From the NCBI GenBank assembly GCA_024704765.1, contig JAKMXF010000099.1, positions 62,001-126,000 on the forward strand: DNA of 64,000 bases, read 5' to 3'. The notes beneath the pieces are model-generated. The model saw only the letters and a list, made by a program, of their open reading frames with translations, was not told the origin of the DNA and did not search any database. This DNA is from Oopsacas minuta (Eukaryota > Animalia > Porifera). Made by a program: the position numbers and the translations under genes. Below are positions 37,300-50,573 of this stretch, piece after piece. Position 1 is the first letter of the stretch, and each line of letters begins with the position of its first letter.

Positions 37300-38035
37300 T
37301 ATATGCTATGCCCTAAAATGTACTACCATAGCATTCTATCACTAAGCCAATGGTATTGACTGATGGACTTGGACCAGGGATACGTCAAGTCAGTACTAAG
37401 TAATTCTATTAGTTGCTATGAATTTAAACGTTACATTTTGGCCTGAATAAATGTATTATTGATTTTTGATTTCACTCGTAATCTACCTCTACAAACTATT
37501 TTAAGGCCAAAATTACGTCCTTTGATTGGTTACTTAGCAAATATGTCAGAATCATGTTTCAGTTTTGAAACCCTGTAGAGAGTAAATTAATACCATACGG
37601 TTTCAAGATTTATACCATGGGATTCCAGGATGTTACTACAAAATATCAAAAGTTTGTCATGATAAAGTTTGCGAGTTCCAGAGTTATAGTAGTGACCATG
37701 GGTGGCATATTTTTGCCAATATTCACCAATAACTTGACAACCTCCAATGCTATGGCCAAATCATCAAATATACATATAGTGTATCCTCGACTCCCCATAT
37801 CCTGATAATATATTTTGATATGATATCTCTTATGGTTATAACGCAATCTTGAAAATAACCATATATGGAAATATTGATGACTGCGGAGTTTATTTCAAGA
37901 TATCGTATCAAAGCTTTTCACAACTAATAGAATTCCTTAGCACTGACTTAACGTATGACTGATCCAAATCCATCAATCAGCACCATTCCCTTGGTGTATA
38001 GAATGTTGTGGTATTACCAACATGCTATATAAATA
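37300..38035. repeat. Foldback element (arms about 37321-37415 / 37921-38016)
   Basis: CATTCTAT..CAGT.CTAAG.AATTCTATTAGTTG mirrored; the centre is homologous to 55960-56290. Confidence 0.75.
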
Positions 38036-38126
38036 TGGTGACCGCTTATACGTTGTTTCTCAAAAAATTGCTATGTCATCATCTGTATACGTAATAAGCT
38101 ATTTTTGGTTTATTTAGAGTTCGAGA

Positions 38127-38560
38127 TTTACATTGTATCATGGAGACATGTAGTTGTTTCGAAAAATAGAGCTAGCCATTTTGGAAAATATAGATGAGAG
38201 GCCTTTACTTTTGACACTAGTGTATCCGCAATAATCGATTTCCTATTCATGAATTATATAATTTTTTGTACCTAACTCGGACGGTAATTAGTTATTTAGT
38301 CACTTACCAAATATGGTAAATCACTATATATAATATGATAACTTATTAACCATTAGATGTAACAATTGTATTATTCATGTATTGGATTTCGCCTATTGCT
38401 GTTCACTGGTGTCAAAAGTAAATGCTTATCATCAATATTTTCCAGATATGGCTAGAATCTGTTCATACACCATTATATAGCAACAGAGGAATGTACTAGC
38501 ATTCATAAAAATTACTAACTTTTTTGAAACAACTACAATGTATTATGGTACCATTTAAAT
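38127..38560. repeat. Foldback element
   Basis: TGTAGTTGTTTC.AAAAA and TTTACTTTTGACAC.AGTG mirrored at 38400-38550. Confidence 0.75.
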
Positions 38561-39188
38561 ATAGGGATCTAACTTACTTATTACTGGGTCAATAAAGCCT
38601 CGAAAACTACCTCCTCCAAATCCTCCAAAAATAGCTTATTACGTAATCAGATGATGACAATGCAAAATTTGTGTTAGTTTGTCTACAAACATTCTAATAT
38701 CCCACTGTAAAATTTTTGAACTTTAGATGCAATAACACACACTTTAACCGATACTGCCGAAGTTGTACGTTTATAACGAAAGGAACCTTGAAACTTTACC
38801 GCTTCATTTCAACCAATTCACGGACCGAAATCGAGATTTCAGCACCTTTTTTGACGTTGTACAATGACACTTTTTCCCGACAATATTCGGTTAAGTGCTT
38901 CCAGATCTAGAATTTTGGTGTTAAAATTGTCCAGTGATCAATGGTGACATCATTTTGTCATGAATATTATTGCAGATATTGAGTTTTTTAATTTGATTCG
39001 GGAAGTCATTCTCCCTCAAACTGAGAAGGTGAAGTTCTCTCATATTTATAAGAGGACTGCCTCCCAGAAGCCTTATCTCTTTGCAATGGCAACAGCTCAG
39101 AATTTTTCCTGAATTGAACCAAAATGACCACTTCATGACCCAGCAAGATCTTAAATTATTCTACTATAATTGATTTAATGTTTATTAG

Positions 39189-39537
39189 GAAATATTTCGT
39201 GAATTCTCAGTCCCATGAGCCACTTCGGGTAGAATTTGAATTGTTAGTTCAAAGTAATTTTCGGCAAGATGTATTGGATCAACGTATTAAAGAACTCATG
39301 GTTCACAGATTAATTGTGAGTAGAGAGATTTCTCGTCTAATTCAGTTGAATCATAACGATTATATGGAGGAGGTTACAAGACTGGTGAATATTCAGTCCT
39401 CATTGCAGAAGGCTTGTAATTTGTCTCTTCAATCAAGAAGTCAACTACAAATTTCTCTACAGGGTATAAAGGATGGTGGATTAGGTATTTTACTTTCTTT
39501 TAGAAGGATGGAACGTTTGAGATCGTCTCTTAAACAG
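39189..39537 (+). CDS. VPS50: VPS50 exon 2
   Basis: Acceptor TTTATTAG|G, donor AAACAG|GTATGC; KYFVNS..LRVEFELL..IVSREISRLI..YMEEVTRLVNIQSSLQKA matches the Vps54_N-like region of syndetin. Confidence 0.9.
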
Positions 39538-40070
39538 GTATGCTTGTTATATCGTTTACTATAGTTCTCAAACGTGTATCTTAATTTCACTCTAATTTTA
39601 ATAATTTTCCAGGCGATGCTTTTAAACATATCAAAATATTGAGCACTTAAATTTAATGAAACTTGTCATATAACTAGATCTTTGCGGAAGTTTTTCAGTT
39701 TTTAACCCACCTCGAAAAAACCTCGGAAACCTTCGGCCGTATTCATTAAGTTCGAACTTTATTGATATTCACTAAGTTTTATGTCAGAACTAAAGTACAA
39801 ACTTTAAGTAACCAGACTTAGTTGCTTAAATATTTATATTGTTATCTTATGATATTCCTCAAAAAATTCCCTAAGGTATTGGTTTATAATCATATAAACT
39901 ACAATAAAATGTGCCTAATCGGATACTCCTAATCCGCAATATATTTATCATGTCCCGTTTGATATACAATCTTGTGTATTTTATTAAGTGCTCGTAGTCC
40001 TATATCCGCCTAATCCTGATCATTATATCGATGCCATTATTATTTTATGCCTAATTCGGATTATTCATAA

Positions 40071-41079
40071 CTAGCTCGCTTCGCTTGCCTGGCCGCTACG
40101 CGATAGCTTAGGGCTAAATTTAGCTTAAGTATTAAATTGCTAAATTTCTTGATTCTTTTGGTCACTACGCGACGAGATATACTCAGCACTAGTTGCCTCG
40201 AGGTGAATTTTTGTGGAAATTTTATTATATATTATCCATGGTCCATCCAAATTCCATTTAATGTCCGTGGTAATACTGCCGCTCTTGGGTGGCTTTAGGT
40301 TAGTAATCTGGGAATTTTTCTCCTCGAGTATTTTGAAGTTATGATGGCGAATAATTTAATGATGAATTTGCAATTGGCCAAAGTGATTACTTCAGGACAT
40401 TTGATATATTACGGGGTACTGTATTTCCCTGAATATGCCACGGTGGCTTGGATATAGCTCCAAAACTTGTGAATACAAATTTATCACCACCCTCCAGAAC
40501 AATATTTTTATTGTAATTTACGTCACATTTGACCATCTTACAAATGATGAAGATTTTTCCCCAAATATTTGTATTTTCGAAAATTGATGATATATTTATA
40601 CCAAGGAACTATCTAGGAGCGCCGGATGCTCGTCTAAGTACATGATTTTGATGAGATTATATTTAGAAGCGTGAAAATTTGGATATTTACTTATACCATA
40701 ACACTAATCTACTTCTGATTTTTGGGTGTGAAAATTTGAGATTGGGAGCGCTTGGAGTGTCCTCCGAATCACCTATATAACTCCTGATTTGTACGAAAAT
40801 GCTCACGAAATGATTGAGCGCCCTGGCGCTTATTCAATGAAATAAGATACCTGTAATTCCTAATTCAAACTTCTATCATGTATATTCGCTGAACAGTAGC
40901 AAATAATGTGATTTTTAGAAAATCCCAAATTGTGACAATGAGTCAATGACTTCATTATTTTGTCATAGATGTTATTTTTCGCCCAAGACCCTAACTTGCC
41001 CGAGCCAAGCCAAGACACCCCCGTATGCCAACATTTAGCTATGATGGTCTTCCAAATTCTGCAATCAATTCTGCACGTC

Positions 41080-41116
<37 letters not shown>

Positions 41117-41680
41117 AGTGCATTGATGATCTATCTTCGAAATACAGCTTAAGATTGTGAATACTATAGCTGGACGTTTCCACTACAAGTTCTGATCTGA
41201 TTATATATTTATTCATACATACATGGGCGCTGCATCATTTCAAGAAGTGTTACCATGTATATTTGATTAAGTGATTTATGTAATCTTTGAGCCACTATAT
41301 TGATAGTATATACAATATGGTAACAACATTGATTCTGCATACTGTCGAAACCGATATTTCCTAACAGTCTTTGCAGCCAATTGTAGTAAGACAAAATGAT
41401 GGGAATATATGTAAATCCCACATTTTTTACTATCTGAGAAATCCATAAAGTTAAAACAACTGAAAAGTACCAAAACAGGTTTCTACTGTGCATTCGTAAG
41501 TCATGCTTAATTCAGAATATAGCAGTGGTATTATTCATGGATATTTGAAGGACTAGGATGTTTCATAGAATTCTCGGTCCGATCACGATATCGATCCTAC
41601 TTTTTCAAATGGATCGAAAGATCCTAATGCCATATATATATACATATTGGGATTTATTGCCTTTTAATTCATTTACATTT
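40071..41680 (-). mobile_element. Helitron-like H2 copy interrupted in its (TA)n tract by a hAT MITE
   Basis: 3' end GCGAAGCGAGCTAG|T at 40071; (TA)n at 41084-41113; a residual 5' end ATTTATTGCCTTTTAAT lies beyond the MITE at about 41655-41680. Confidence 0.7.
41116..41634 (-). mobile_element. hAT MITE, inverted relative of 29725-30531
   Basis: TAGTGCATTGATGATC / GATCCTAATGCCATA ends; 41300-41450 is the reverse complement of 30070-30200 (TGTGGGATTTACATATAT..CTGTTAGGAAATA). Confidence 0.75.
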
Positions 41681-42346
41681 ATCATTTTTTCACTATTGAA
41701 TAGTGTACACAGTCTACGAAACAAAAGCCTATTCACCGTATTTAACAATTGATTACTTGAAGTGTATTTAAATTGACTTGCGATTTTATTTTCTCGATAA
41801 TATAATTTGGGTGTGCTTTGGCTTGCATAAATTTATTGTTGATAGTTAATAATTTACAGAAGCCATATTATCCAACTATTACTAGTTTGAAATGACGTCA
41901 CCTGTTTGGTTTAAAGGGCACTTTCTTGTTAAGAATGTCCTGCCGACAGCCTGGTAGTGCCTCAGGATTATTTGTTTTTGTTCTTTTCAGGGGAGGCACC
42001 TCCCCCCTGAACCCCGGTGTAGATACCTAAATATACTAGACCCCGACTGATTTTTAACTCCGAATCGGAGAAATATTTCAGGATAGTCAAAAGTTTAATC
42101 CAAATACTCGATACCCTAGACTAAGAATCTACAGACTTAATTACCTCAGACTAATATTCAAAATTCTTTACCATGTTCCCAAATTTAGTTGTATTTCGCT
42201 TCGATAACTTGTTGTTCTCACATCATTTCCTAATCCTTTTTATGTCTATATTTCAATGTTCCCAATCAACAAATTGGGACTGATTTGTAGTATGATGAGC
42301 TAATGACATTTTCAAAAATTTAAGTTTATATATATCATTTATATAG

Positions 42347-43742
42347 CTTTCTCTCGTGAAAACACTTCACCGAGCTGATCTATGGTTAAAAGAACGTTTA
42401 AATACAGGACACTATAAAGAAGCGGCTCATTGTTGCATGATATTTTTACGAGCACTCAACTCATTTCATAATTACTCATGTTGTATTGATTTATCATCGA
42501 AATTGTTAGATATTCAACAAGTTATTACATCAAAGCTTGATGCTAATTTGGTTGATCTTTGTGAAAATTTTGAGCCTGGAAAATATTTAAATTTGATGGC
42601 CGCTTATACCTTACTTGGCAAAGGAGAAGCTGCAATTGATAAACTTGCACTAAATTATGTCTCCCAAATCAAGGTCCTGTCTAAAGAGGTTTTGCGCACT
42701 CATTATGGTAAACTCCCTGATGAATATTTTCAAGGTGATATTAATGTCATTATTCCTTTCATTGGCAATCTTGAAAATTCATTACAATTACTTACTTCTT
42801 CCTTCTTGTCACTTTGTGATGTATTTTCTGGATTACTATTTTCTTATTTTGATATTTCAGCTTACCATAATTTGTTACCGGATCAAATGTTAAATGAAAA
42901 TTTTGTTTCGAAAAGTTTATTGAATCGAAAATTCAGCCAAGGTAAAATTTTGATTTGGAAAGAAATAGAAAAAATATTATGTTCTTTGTTGAATGTTCAT
43001 AAATACGAAAACTTTCCACACGATAATCTAATTAGGATGATCGGAATTGTTAATAGATTTGTTCATATTGGGAAATCATTTTGTCAATCAACTACTAATT
43101 GTTTGTCAGACACTATTCGTGTAATCTCTCTTGACTATTTTAACCATTACCACGAGTTACGTATGGAAGATCTTAAACTATTTATAGAAAACGAGTCTTG
43201 GGAATTATGTCCCCTTCCGATTAATTTTAGTTTAGGACAATTTACAGAGTTTTCATTTTTAAGCAACAGCAATTCTGATTCGATCGCATTTGATTTTGAT
43301 GTTCAGTTTGATATTTCAAATTTACAATCTCGTAAATCTCTTCTGAACTTTTTTCATCAATCAGGACCAGATTCCACAGCTTCTCAAGATCCACTTTCCA
43401 TTGATTATTCAATTGTAAATGAGACTTCAGATTCTTACATAAATAATTCTACATATATATTAACTGCCAATACCACTCTCATAACACTAAAATATATTGG
43501 TCGTTATATTCAATTTATGATCTCTTTGCCCAGCATAGCATTGGAGCTTTTTCACTTTATTTGTCAAATGTATAAATATTATTTTTTCGTAACTAATATA
43601 TATTTTGCGGACCTACGCTCTTTTCACTTTGAACATTCTATTATTGAAATACATGGTATGGAAGTACATGAAAATTACTACAGTACCAAACTAAACACAG
43701 TCCTTTCCGAGATTGAATCAGAGACTAATTTGCAGAAGCAGT
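42347..43742 (+). CDS. VPS50: VPS50 exon 3
   Basis: Acceptor TTATATAG|CTT, donor CAGT|GTAAGT; KTLHRAD..YTLLGKGEAAIDKL..EDLKLFIENESWELCP is the syndetin signature (human ELRMFLENETWELCP, from memory). Confidence 0.95.
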
Positions 43743-43819
43743 GTAAGTAATTATTTTTTCTTTGTGTCTCTCTTATTTGTAATCTAAGTTAATATAAATT
43801 GTCAAATCCATCAGATATA

Positions 43820-44030
43820 TAGATCCAAGAAGGTGACTAATACGTCATAATTTCGTTATAGGTGTTAATTTTCTTCCAAGACTCATACTTGTTCGAGCCA
43901 GGCCAAAAATGCCCCCCCCCCCCCCTGTATGCCAAAAATCATTCCTGGGGTTCTTCCAGTGTCTTCAACCTTTCAGAACATATATATATATATAGTATGA
44001 ATCTATTAATTGCGTTTTAATTCTATAGCT
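43820..44030 (-). mobile_element. 5' fragment of an H2 Helitron-like element in VPS50 intron 3
   Basis: (TA)n followed by TTGCGTTTTAATTCTATAG, as at 31297-31316. Confidence 0.55.
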
Positions 44031-44651
44031 TGTATATTTTTAATGAAATTGTTTAAAAGAGCCTAAACCAAATGAAGTGGCTGTCGGAGCTTACTTTGTA
44101 GTCTCAATAAATTCCTCTTTTACAAAATCCCTAGTAAGTTTAATTGGCTTCTATTTGGTCTTCTCGGCGATATCCCTGGCAGTGTATTAAGTATCCTATG
44201 GTGTGAACTTTTATTTAACGCTTGAATTTGCCCAACATGACAGGTCCAAGTAGTTTTTTTCCCCCCTAAATCAACCACATGGATTTCCAAGGTTCTTCAA
44301 TTCATCCTAGTAATACTACTAGTAGAAGAATTCTATCATCCTCTTTTATCACTCTTCCAAACATTTCTATCATATTTTCATTCCGCCTTGTGGTGGTTAT
44401 ATTTCTGGGCTCGCTTGTCCCAGGTTTGTGCTGACCTCTCAATGACCAAAGGGTTTACATGAAAATATTTTAAACATTTTCTAATCTCCTTCTGCTTCCA
44501 AATTTTATCCCTAGAGGTTGAACATTTTTACAGTGTAATATTTTTTAGGTTAGCTTTCTCCAATCAGTCCACATAAAGTATTGTGTTAATGGAAGGGCTG
44601 CTGAAAATTCATACGAGTTCTATAGGCATAATAAATTTTCTCTATTATTAG

Positions 44652-44929
44652 GTTTAATTCCCAATTTCTCAATCTTTCATCAGCTTCTGTCTGAAGATAA
44701 TATTATGTTTGGCCTCAAGCAAAGAATAGTTGGTGTGGAATCCCTTTTGTTCTTATCTGAACAATTATCCAAATTGAAGCCTACATTTGAATCTTATTTT
44801 AGCAGAAACACTATGTTATCCAGCCTTGATTACGTTTCTAGTTTCTACTCTCAGTGTATCGAGATTTCTTACGGTTTACGGAGACCAGTATATTGTGGCA
44901 TCGCTCGTTATGCTATAAATTATGAACAG
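44652..44929 (+). CDS. VPS50: VPS50 exon 4
   Basis: Acceptor TATTATTAG|GT (phase 1), donor GAACAG|GTATTT; MFGLKQRIVGVESLLFLSEQL..LRRPVY..INYEQ. Confidence 0.92.
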
Positions 44930-45706
44930 GTATTTATTAATTAGATTGATTTCCATATACACGTATATATGTGTATATATATACGTATATATATATATCG
45001 CTTAATCAAGTCACTCATACCTAGTGATAAATTGAGCTCCGAGTAATCATTACCCGCGACTGGCTTTTATTTAGTGGACCCTTCTCGAATCTAACTCGAT
45101 GACTCGCGATTAATTATGCGGTGTCTCGTGATGTATTGAGTCTCTAACATACGACTCAATATAGATACATTAAAATGATTAATGATTACACTTACTAAAT
45201 GGATCGATTGCTTAAGCTTGATGACTCAAGTAAGTGGGCTCATTCCTTTTCTGACATGAGCAATCGAATCGTTCTTACTCCTGAGAAATTCCTTTCTTGG
45301 GTCATCGAGTTGTTCATTACTCGTCAAATATTTCTGGCTCGATGACTCATGAGTCATCTGCTAGTTATCTGTATTACTGCTTGTTAAAGCCCTGAAAATT
45401 CCTAGCGAATTGCTGATTTCTAAAAGAGAAAAAAATTTGCCTTAGTATAGTATATTCAGTTAACATTCTTTTGAACAACTTCGGCTTAATTTTAGTATAG
45501 ACGGATGTATTTCAAATCATGCAATTTCTTGGATAACAGAAATTTTGTATTCAATATGTGATATTCACTACTTGGAGGAATCATACGATCAAGTACAACG
45601 ATTGTGTATTTTGTTTTGAAATATATGAATGGATATTAATACTACGCATCGTTTGTAGATCCACCGCCTTAAGTCTGTTTCTTTATGGCTTCTATTTTGA
45701 TTTTTA

Positions 45707-46320
45707 TTAGCGCACTTCGCTTGTCGGGTCGCTGCTCAACTATCCATGAGCTTTGTGCCTCGATTTAGCATAAGTATGAAACATCTAAAATGTCAGTGCT
45801 TTTGAGTCGCTACTCGAAGTGATATACTCAGCACTACGGGCCTCGAAGTTAACTTTTTACTAGAATTGTAATTTTTTATTTCCATTTTTATTACTCACAA
45901 TTCGTTATTCTCAAATCTGTCACGTGGTTTGGTTAGTATATGTGCAATTTATGCGTCGAGTATTATGAAATTTGCAAAAATATCAAAATTCCGGGAATTT
46001 TGATTTTTTATATAGTCATGTGACGCAATAATCCCATGATCAATTTGCGCTTTGTCAAAATCATAACCTCAGGAAATTTGTCACATTGAGGGTTCCTGTG
46101 ATTCAAATTTCATCTAACATGTAAATTGTCTTAGCAGTCGCCAATATTGTGATTTTTCTGAAATCCAAAGAGGTGACGATTAAGTCATATTTTCGTCCTT
46201 GGTTTGAATTTTCGTCCAAGACTCGAATTTGTCCGCCCCTGACCCAAAATACCCATGTATGTCTAAAATCAGCCATGGGCGTCTTTCTATATCTTCAATC
46301 AATTCTGGTCAACAAACATG
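45707..46320 (-). mobile_element. Helitron-like H2 copy
   Basis: CGCACTTCGCTTGTCGGGTCGCTGC end and TTGTCACATTGAGGG..CCTGTGATTCAAATTTCA body shared with 30682-31315. Confidence 0.75.
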
Positions 46321-46642
46321 CACAGGCAGTCTTAAGTAATTGTTCACCACAAAATCTATCTGAAAATTATGGAATAATATAACAACTTTGGGGTGAAACT
46401 ATATAGAAATATGTTTAATATATTGAATTAGCAAAATTAATATGTTATTCATTAATGGATCAGGAAAATTTTCGATTATTCCATTTTATAAGGTATTAAA
46501 CTCATTGATTGGATTATTATCTGTAAAAAACATTAGTAATCAAATATTTACAATGTATTATGAATACTAGACTAATTTATTCAGATTTGAATTCACGTAA
46601 TGTGTAGATTGTTTATGCGATAATTCCTCCCTGAAACAAGTT

Positions 46643-46830
46643 ACACTGTGTCGACTATACTATAGTATAGTGGCACAGACCCGCACAGTTCTAAAATCGT
46701 TGACTTTCTTACTCGGTATGTATAACAATTATATTTATATACGTATGTGTTCGCTCTCCTGTTCACACATCCGGCGATTAAGACTTGAAATTTGGCATGT
46801 ATACTCGTCGTGAAATCTAGTTGTGTCCTA
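46643..46830 (-). mobile_element. Helentron/DINE-like repeat with a terminal stem-loop
   Basis: CTGTG..ACTATACT-AT-AGTATAGT..CACAG hairpin; body similar to about 31770-31870. Confidence 0.5.
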
Positions 46831-49800
46831 GACATTAGAGAGATTAGGCTTCAATATGTTATCATGGCCTCAAGGGTAATCCAAGTACTCGTAATCCGAA
46901 TTTCGCATTTTCAAGTTTCTTATATGTACAGTAAATTTATTTTTGACTTATTAGTACAAATTAATTGTATTATCCAAATTTCTAAATATTGGTGGAGACT
47001 TTCTTGTAACAGACATGTGCGTACTGAATTACGCTGAATCCGGTGGCCTTAAATTACGTTTGCACAGGAGTTGATTTGAGATTTTTCAGTTTGGTGCAAG
47101 TGGCACATATTACATTGCAGGCACTCCACTCAATTCTAGTTCTTAACAAATGACTTCAAATATCATCGTATCAGTATATATTATTCATTTATCAGGCCGA
47201 ACTAATCTGTAGTCAATATCTAAGAAGTGTTGCTTTTAATGCCATATTTGCTTCACCTGCCACTTATGGCACATGTGGTACAAACAAAAATGTGTCTATT
47301 TCTCAGGGAGGAATGATGGGAATACTTAGAAAAATTCGCACAAATAATCCATACATTTAAGTAGAATTCAAATCTGAAGAAAATTTTTTGAGTATTCGTA
47401 ATACCTTTGTAAATATTTGATTACCAATGTTTTTATAGATAATTATCCAATCAATGAGTTTAACACCATTTAAATTGGAATAATCGAAAACTTTAGTAAT
47501 CTATTAATGCATAACATTCTCATTTTCCCATTACAATACTAAATATATTTTCCATATAGTTACACCGAAAAGTTTTTTATCATTGTAATATTTTCATATA
47601 GAGTTCTGTGGTGAGTAATTGTTTATTACCGCAAGTGTATACAGTATATACAGTTCAACCTTTATTAGTATGGAAAATTAATAAGCGGGGCAAATTTTCT
47701 TAAATTATGATTGGTGCTAAATTTGGAAATATTCACATATTTATTGCTATGATGAATTGAAATATATGGGTATCTCTTAAGAAAATTTGTTTCAACCAAC
47801 AACCCTAGGCACATACTAATAATCAACTATATACACACATAGCAAATCGATGTAAATTAATCGTTTGGAAACATGAAAATTTACTCACGATTATACCTTC
47901 ATATAGTTGATAAATATGTACATTTAATGTTCATGGTTGTATAGTTTATGAATATTGTAACCCATGAGTTTTAAAACTAAAATAAATATTGGTTGAATTT
48001 TTCGATAAATCGCAGCTTTCACTGATATCCCCAAGCTATTGTTTTATAAGAAGATCAGAACCATCTTTGATTAGAACATGTATTGGTAAGGTTGTATAGA
48101 TAATATAATAGAACATCAGTAAATGTGAAAAGCTAATGAAATTCGGATACTTCTCTTTTTTCCTATTTTGTAGACTTACTCATGTACTTTCCAGAATAAT
48201 CAGATGGACACGAAATTGAATAGTCAGTTTGACAAATGTTATTGCATTGAATGAAACAATTCTTTAGTCATACTAACACAATTGGCTCAACAAAATCATT
48301 TATATTTGGCCCAGTTTATCCTAATTTCAATATATATATATACAAAATGTCGATTGTATAATTTTAGAAGTCATAAGTATGCAAATAACATACAAATAAC
48401 GCTGTATTTTGGGCGCCTTTGCCGCGTCTAATATTAGGGTCATTATTGCTTCCCAAATATTTAGAAATACTAACTGGCAAAGAATGGTCACTAAAGTTTC
48501 AGGACCTTAAATGGAAGGTACAGAGGTGTCCGAAATGGATATCCACCTAAATTCGAACAGTATTTTAGAAAAGTCTGATGATTGCGACAGTCTGTGATAA
48601 TTTCAATACATCCTCAAGAATGTGAATACACAATAATGAAGCCAATTTCAGAGCAATCACTTACCGTATTTCCCAGGATCAGCGTCCAGGCGCTTATTCT
48701 TGTTGTGAGAATTTTTGTAAAATTTTGAAATTACAAGTAATTTGGGAAACTCTTTCTCCTCATATGTTTCATAGTCAAAAAGGGCGTAAACTTCGTTCAA
48801 AGATTTATCCTAGAGGGAAGTGATGCATTTGTACCACCAAACAAACAGTTCATTTAAAATGCATATGGTTAAGTAAATAGAATTGATTGTAATTATGAAA
48901 CCACTAAATGCATTTTCGAAAATTGAACTCTATCAATACAAAGTATTTGTCATAACTCATCGAGTTGATGACCTATATCATAGAAACTCAGATTTATATG
49001 AAGTAGAGCATACCGAAAACAGTCATAATGAAATCTAGGCATTTTAAACATGCCAAAAACATCTCTATTTCGCCTATTTTCTCAAGTAAAATTGATTGAA
49101 TATAAGAAAAATGTTAATAAACACATATGCTAATAATTTTATCATTTATTCTTTACTATATCTTAGTGAATTTTTGTCGCCTAAAAAAATTGCCCATCAA
49201 AATCGAGTTTTCAGTACGTCATTAAATTATCCATGATAACCCAATTCAATGTAGTGTCAGCGCCTTGTCTTATATTGCTATGCAGTGGTTCTGAATCATT
49301 TTAGCCTGCGTACCCCATGTTCCTAGATGAGGTATGAGATTCCACTTACCTCTCATTGAACATTATTAAATTGTATTCAGTAGGCCCTCGCTAATCCGAA
49401 CAAGTCCTAGAGCTTATACAATATTTGGAAAATTGTTTCAAACGTAAACATACCCGATTTATATCCCATTATACTACAGATTAGTATCTAATACTATATT
49501 ACGCATGTTTGTCCCCCATTCCATCGTTGTACAACTTTCAAAATGTCCTCCCAGATTCTATTGTATTGTTTCAATGCATTTCGCTAATCCGAATGTATTA
49601 TTTTATAATAGGAACAGTCAGATTTGCGAAGTTATATTGTATTACTATACCTTCTCAAATTCTGAATCTAAGCGTTCTAACGCACAGTTCTAATCTATAT
49701 TCAACTACGTATCTATGAAATTACCAATATTCAACCGATGACTATTGTACTCTACTTGCAACTAATAACTCTATTCTATGCGAAGTATTTTAGAGAACAA

Positions 49801-50129
49801 TATTATCAAGAGGTAACATGAGTGACTACGAAAAATGTTTCTCAGGTACCAATTATGCTAGGTCTCCCTTGGGGTACGAGTGGCCGGGACCCTCGGTTAA
49901 GAACCACTGGAATAATGTAACATTACGAAATTGTACACTATGGTTCTATTCGTTGAATCTACGAAAAATAGGTATGTCAATGAGGTTACAATATATAATC
50001 CAATGACCTCATCGACCCATAGTAGCAGGTGTTAGGACAGATGTTAATGTTCGTTCGAATTATTAAGATCGGGCTAGGACTACAAAAGGGGTTAGCAATT
50101 CTAGATTACTAAAAAGGTTCGATTTAAAT

Positions 50130-50573
50130 CAGAGGTCCCCAACCTACGGCCCGCGTTCTCAAAAGTTCTGGCCCGCCAAACCCTAGCTCCAATTTACCTA
50201 CTCTTATGTATTCGCTTACTACTAACAAATTAGTGCCACTTTGCCAACTCAATGAAGTGTATTAATTAACACATTTTTTTGATTACTGCAACAGTGAATA
50301 TGCAATTTTGGCTCGCCTATATGTATTCTCTAATACTATTCATATATTGTGTAATCTGTTGTTTACTGTCTAATTTGTTTAACGAATGCCTACATATATA
50401 CGTAGTTTCTCATTAACATGTTAGTTCAATGTTAGTTACTAAGAAATGTGTGAAGTAGTCCTAATAGCTTACTCTTAGGACATAGGACATAGGGTATAAA
50501 AGAGAAGTTTGGCCTGCCTGACTCACATATTACTAGGAACTGGCACTTGGTTCTAAAAGGTTGGGGACCGCTG
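50130..50573. mobile_element. hAT MITE (444 bp)
   Basis: TIR CAG(A/C)GGTCCCCAACC; perfect 8-bp TSD ATTTAAAT. Confidence 0.93.
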
